The position numbers and the translations under genes are program-made. A stretch of DNA of 64,000 nt, from assembly GCA_045594565.1 (NCBI GenBank), contig JAZNYT010000010.1:321-64320 (forward strand). The letters are read 5' to 3'. Below are positions 63,923 through 64,000 of this stretch, one piece after another; positions within the stretch are counted from its first letter, which is position 1; every line of letters starts with the position of its first letter. The notes under the pieces were generated by a model that saw nothing but the letters and a program-made list of their open reading frames with translations, had not been told where the DNA came from and did no database searches. The DNA is from Eubacteriales bacterium. Lineage in GTDB: Bacteria; Bacillota; Clostridia; Oscillospirales; SIG627.

Positions 63923-64000
63923 GTCTTTGCACAAAAAAGAACTCTGTTTGTTTGAACAAGTCCAGTAAAAACGGACAATGACAAAAAAGGCCTCCTATGG

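Noticed and set aside
1-64000. Mobile elements, prophage, integrase or transposase genes, and rRNA or tRNA genes
   Set aside because: No ORF shows DDE, serine or tyrosine recombinase motifs, and no tRNA-like or rRNA-like sequence was seen. The only mobile-looking features are the small palindromes and inverted repeats reported as findings.

Overview
Low-GC Firmicutes/Clostridia-like chromosomal window, organised in five blocks. (1) 1-4.6 kb: a beta-helix protein, a DtxR-family regulator, a lone TipAS domain, a lipoprotein, and a divergent MocR/PdxR-like regulator plus ECF S-component pair. (2) 4.6-25.5 kb: one plus-strand Wzx/Wzy-type polysaccharide operon of about 20.8 kb. It encodes GtrA, an acetyltransferase, a flippase, GT32, a GtrC-like protein, a YdjC deacetylase, the priming transferase, two GT4 and three GT2 enzymes, a Wzy polymerase and a GtrB-like transferase. 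It has no BY-kinase or phosphatase. Instead it carries a Wzz/PCP protein fused to a degenerate GGDEF domain and two EAL phosphodiesterases; this is my top candidate for something new. (3) 25.5-41.3 kb, minus strand: the complete S10-spc-alpha ribosomal cluster from rpsJ to rplQ. It includes rpmD and rpmJ, which are missing from the ORF track, and has a consensus promoter and a roughly 300-nt structured leader. (4) 41.4-47.3 kb: a lipoprotein, a phosphoglucomutase and a DUF1292 protein, then a 1.9-kb accessory islet. The islet holds a 585-bp gene-free interval full of periodic hairpins (candidate structured RNA). It also holds an XRE plus zinc-ribbon membrane protein pair bracketed by identical palindromes, and an unannotated type I toxin-antitoxin module (29-aa holin-like peptide with a convergent antisense RNA). 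(5) 46.1-59 kb, minus strand, housekeeping genes: a CofE-like ligase, an amidohydrolase, tadA, a CPBP protease, PBP1A, dnaE, whiA, murB and hprK. The window ends with an ECF sigma/anti-sigma pair and secreted proteins, including a streptopain-like (C10) cysteine peptidase. I saw no rRNA, tRNA, CRISPR array, transposase or integrase. All calls rest on reading the translations and sequence by eye; no database searches were run.
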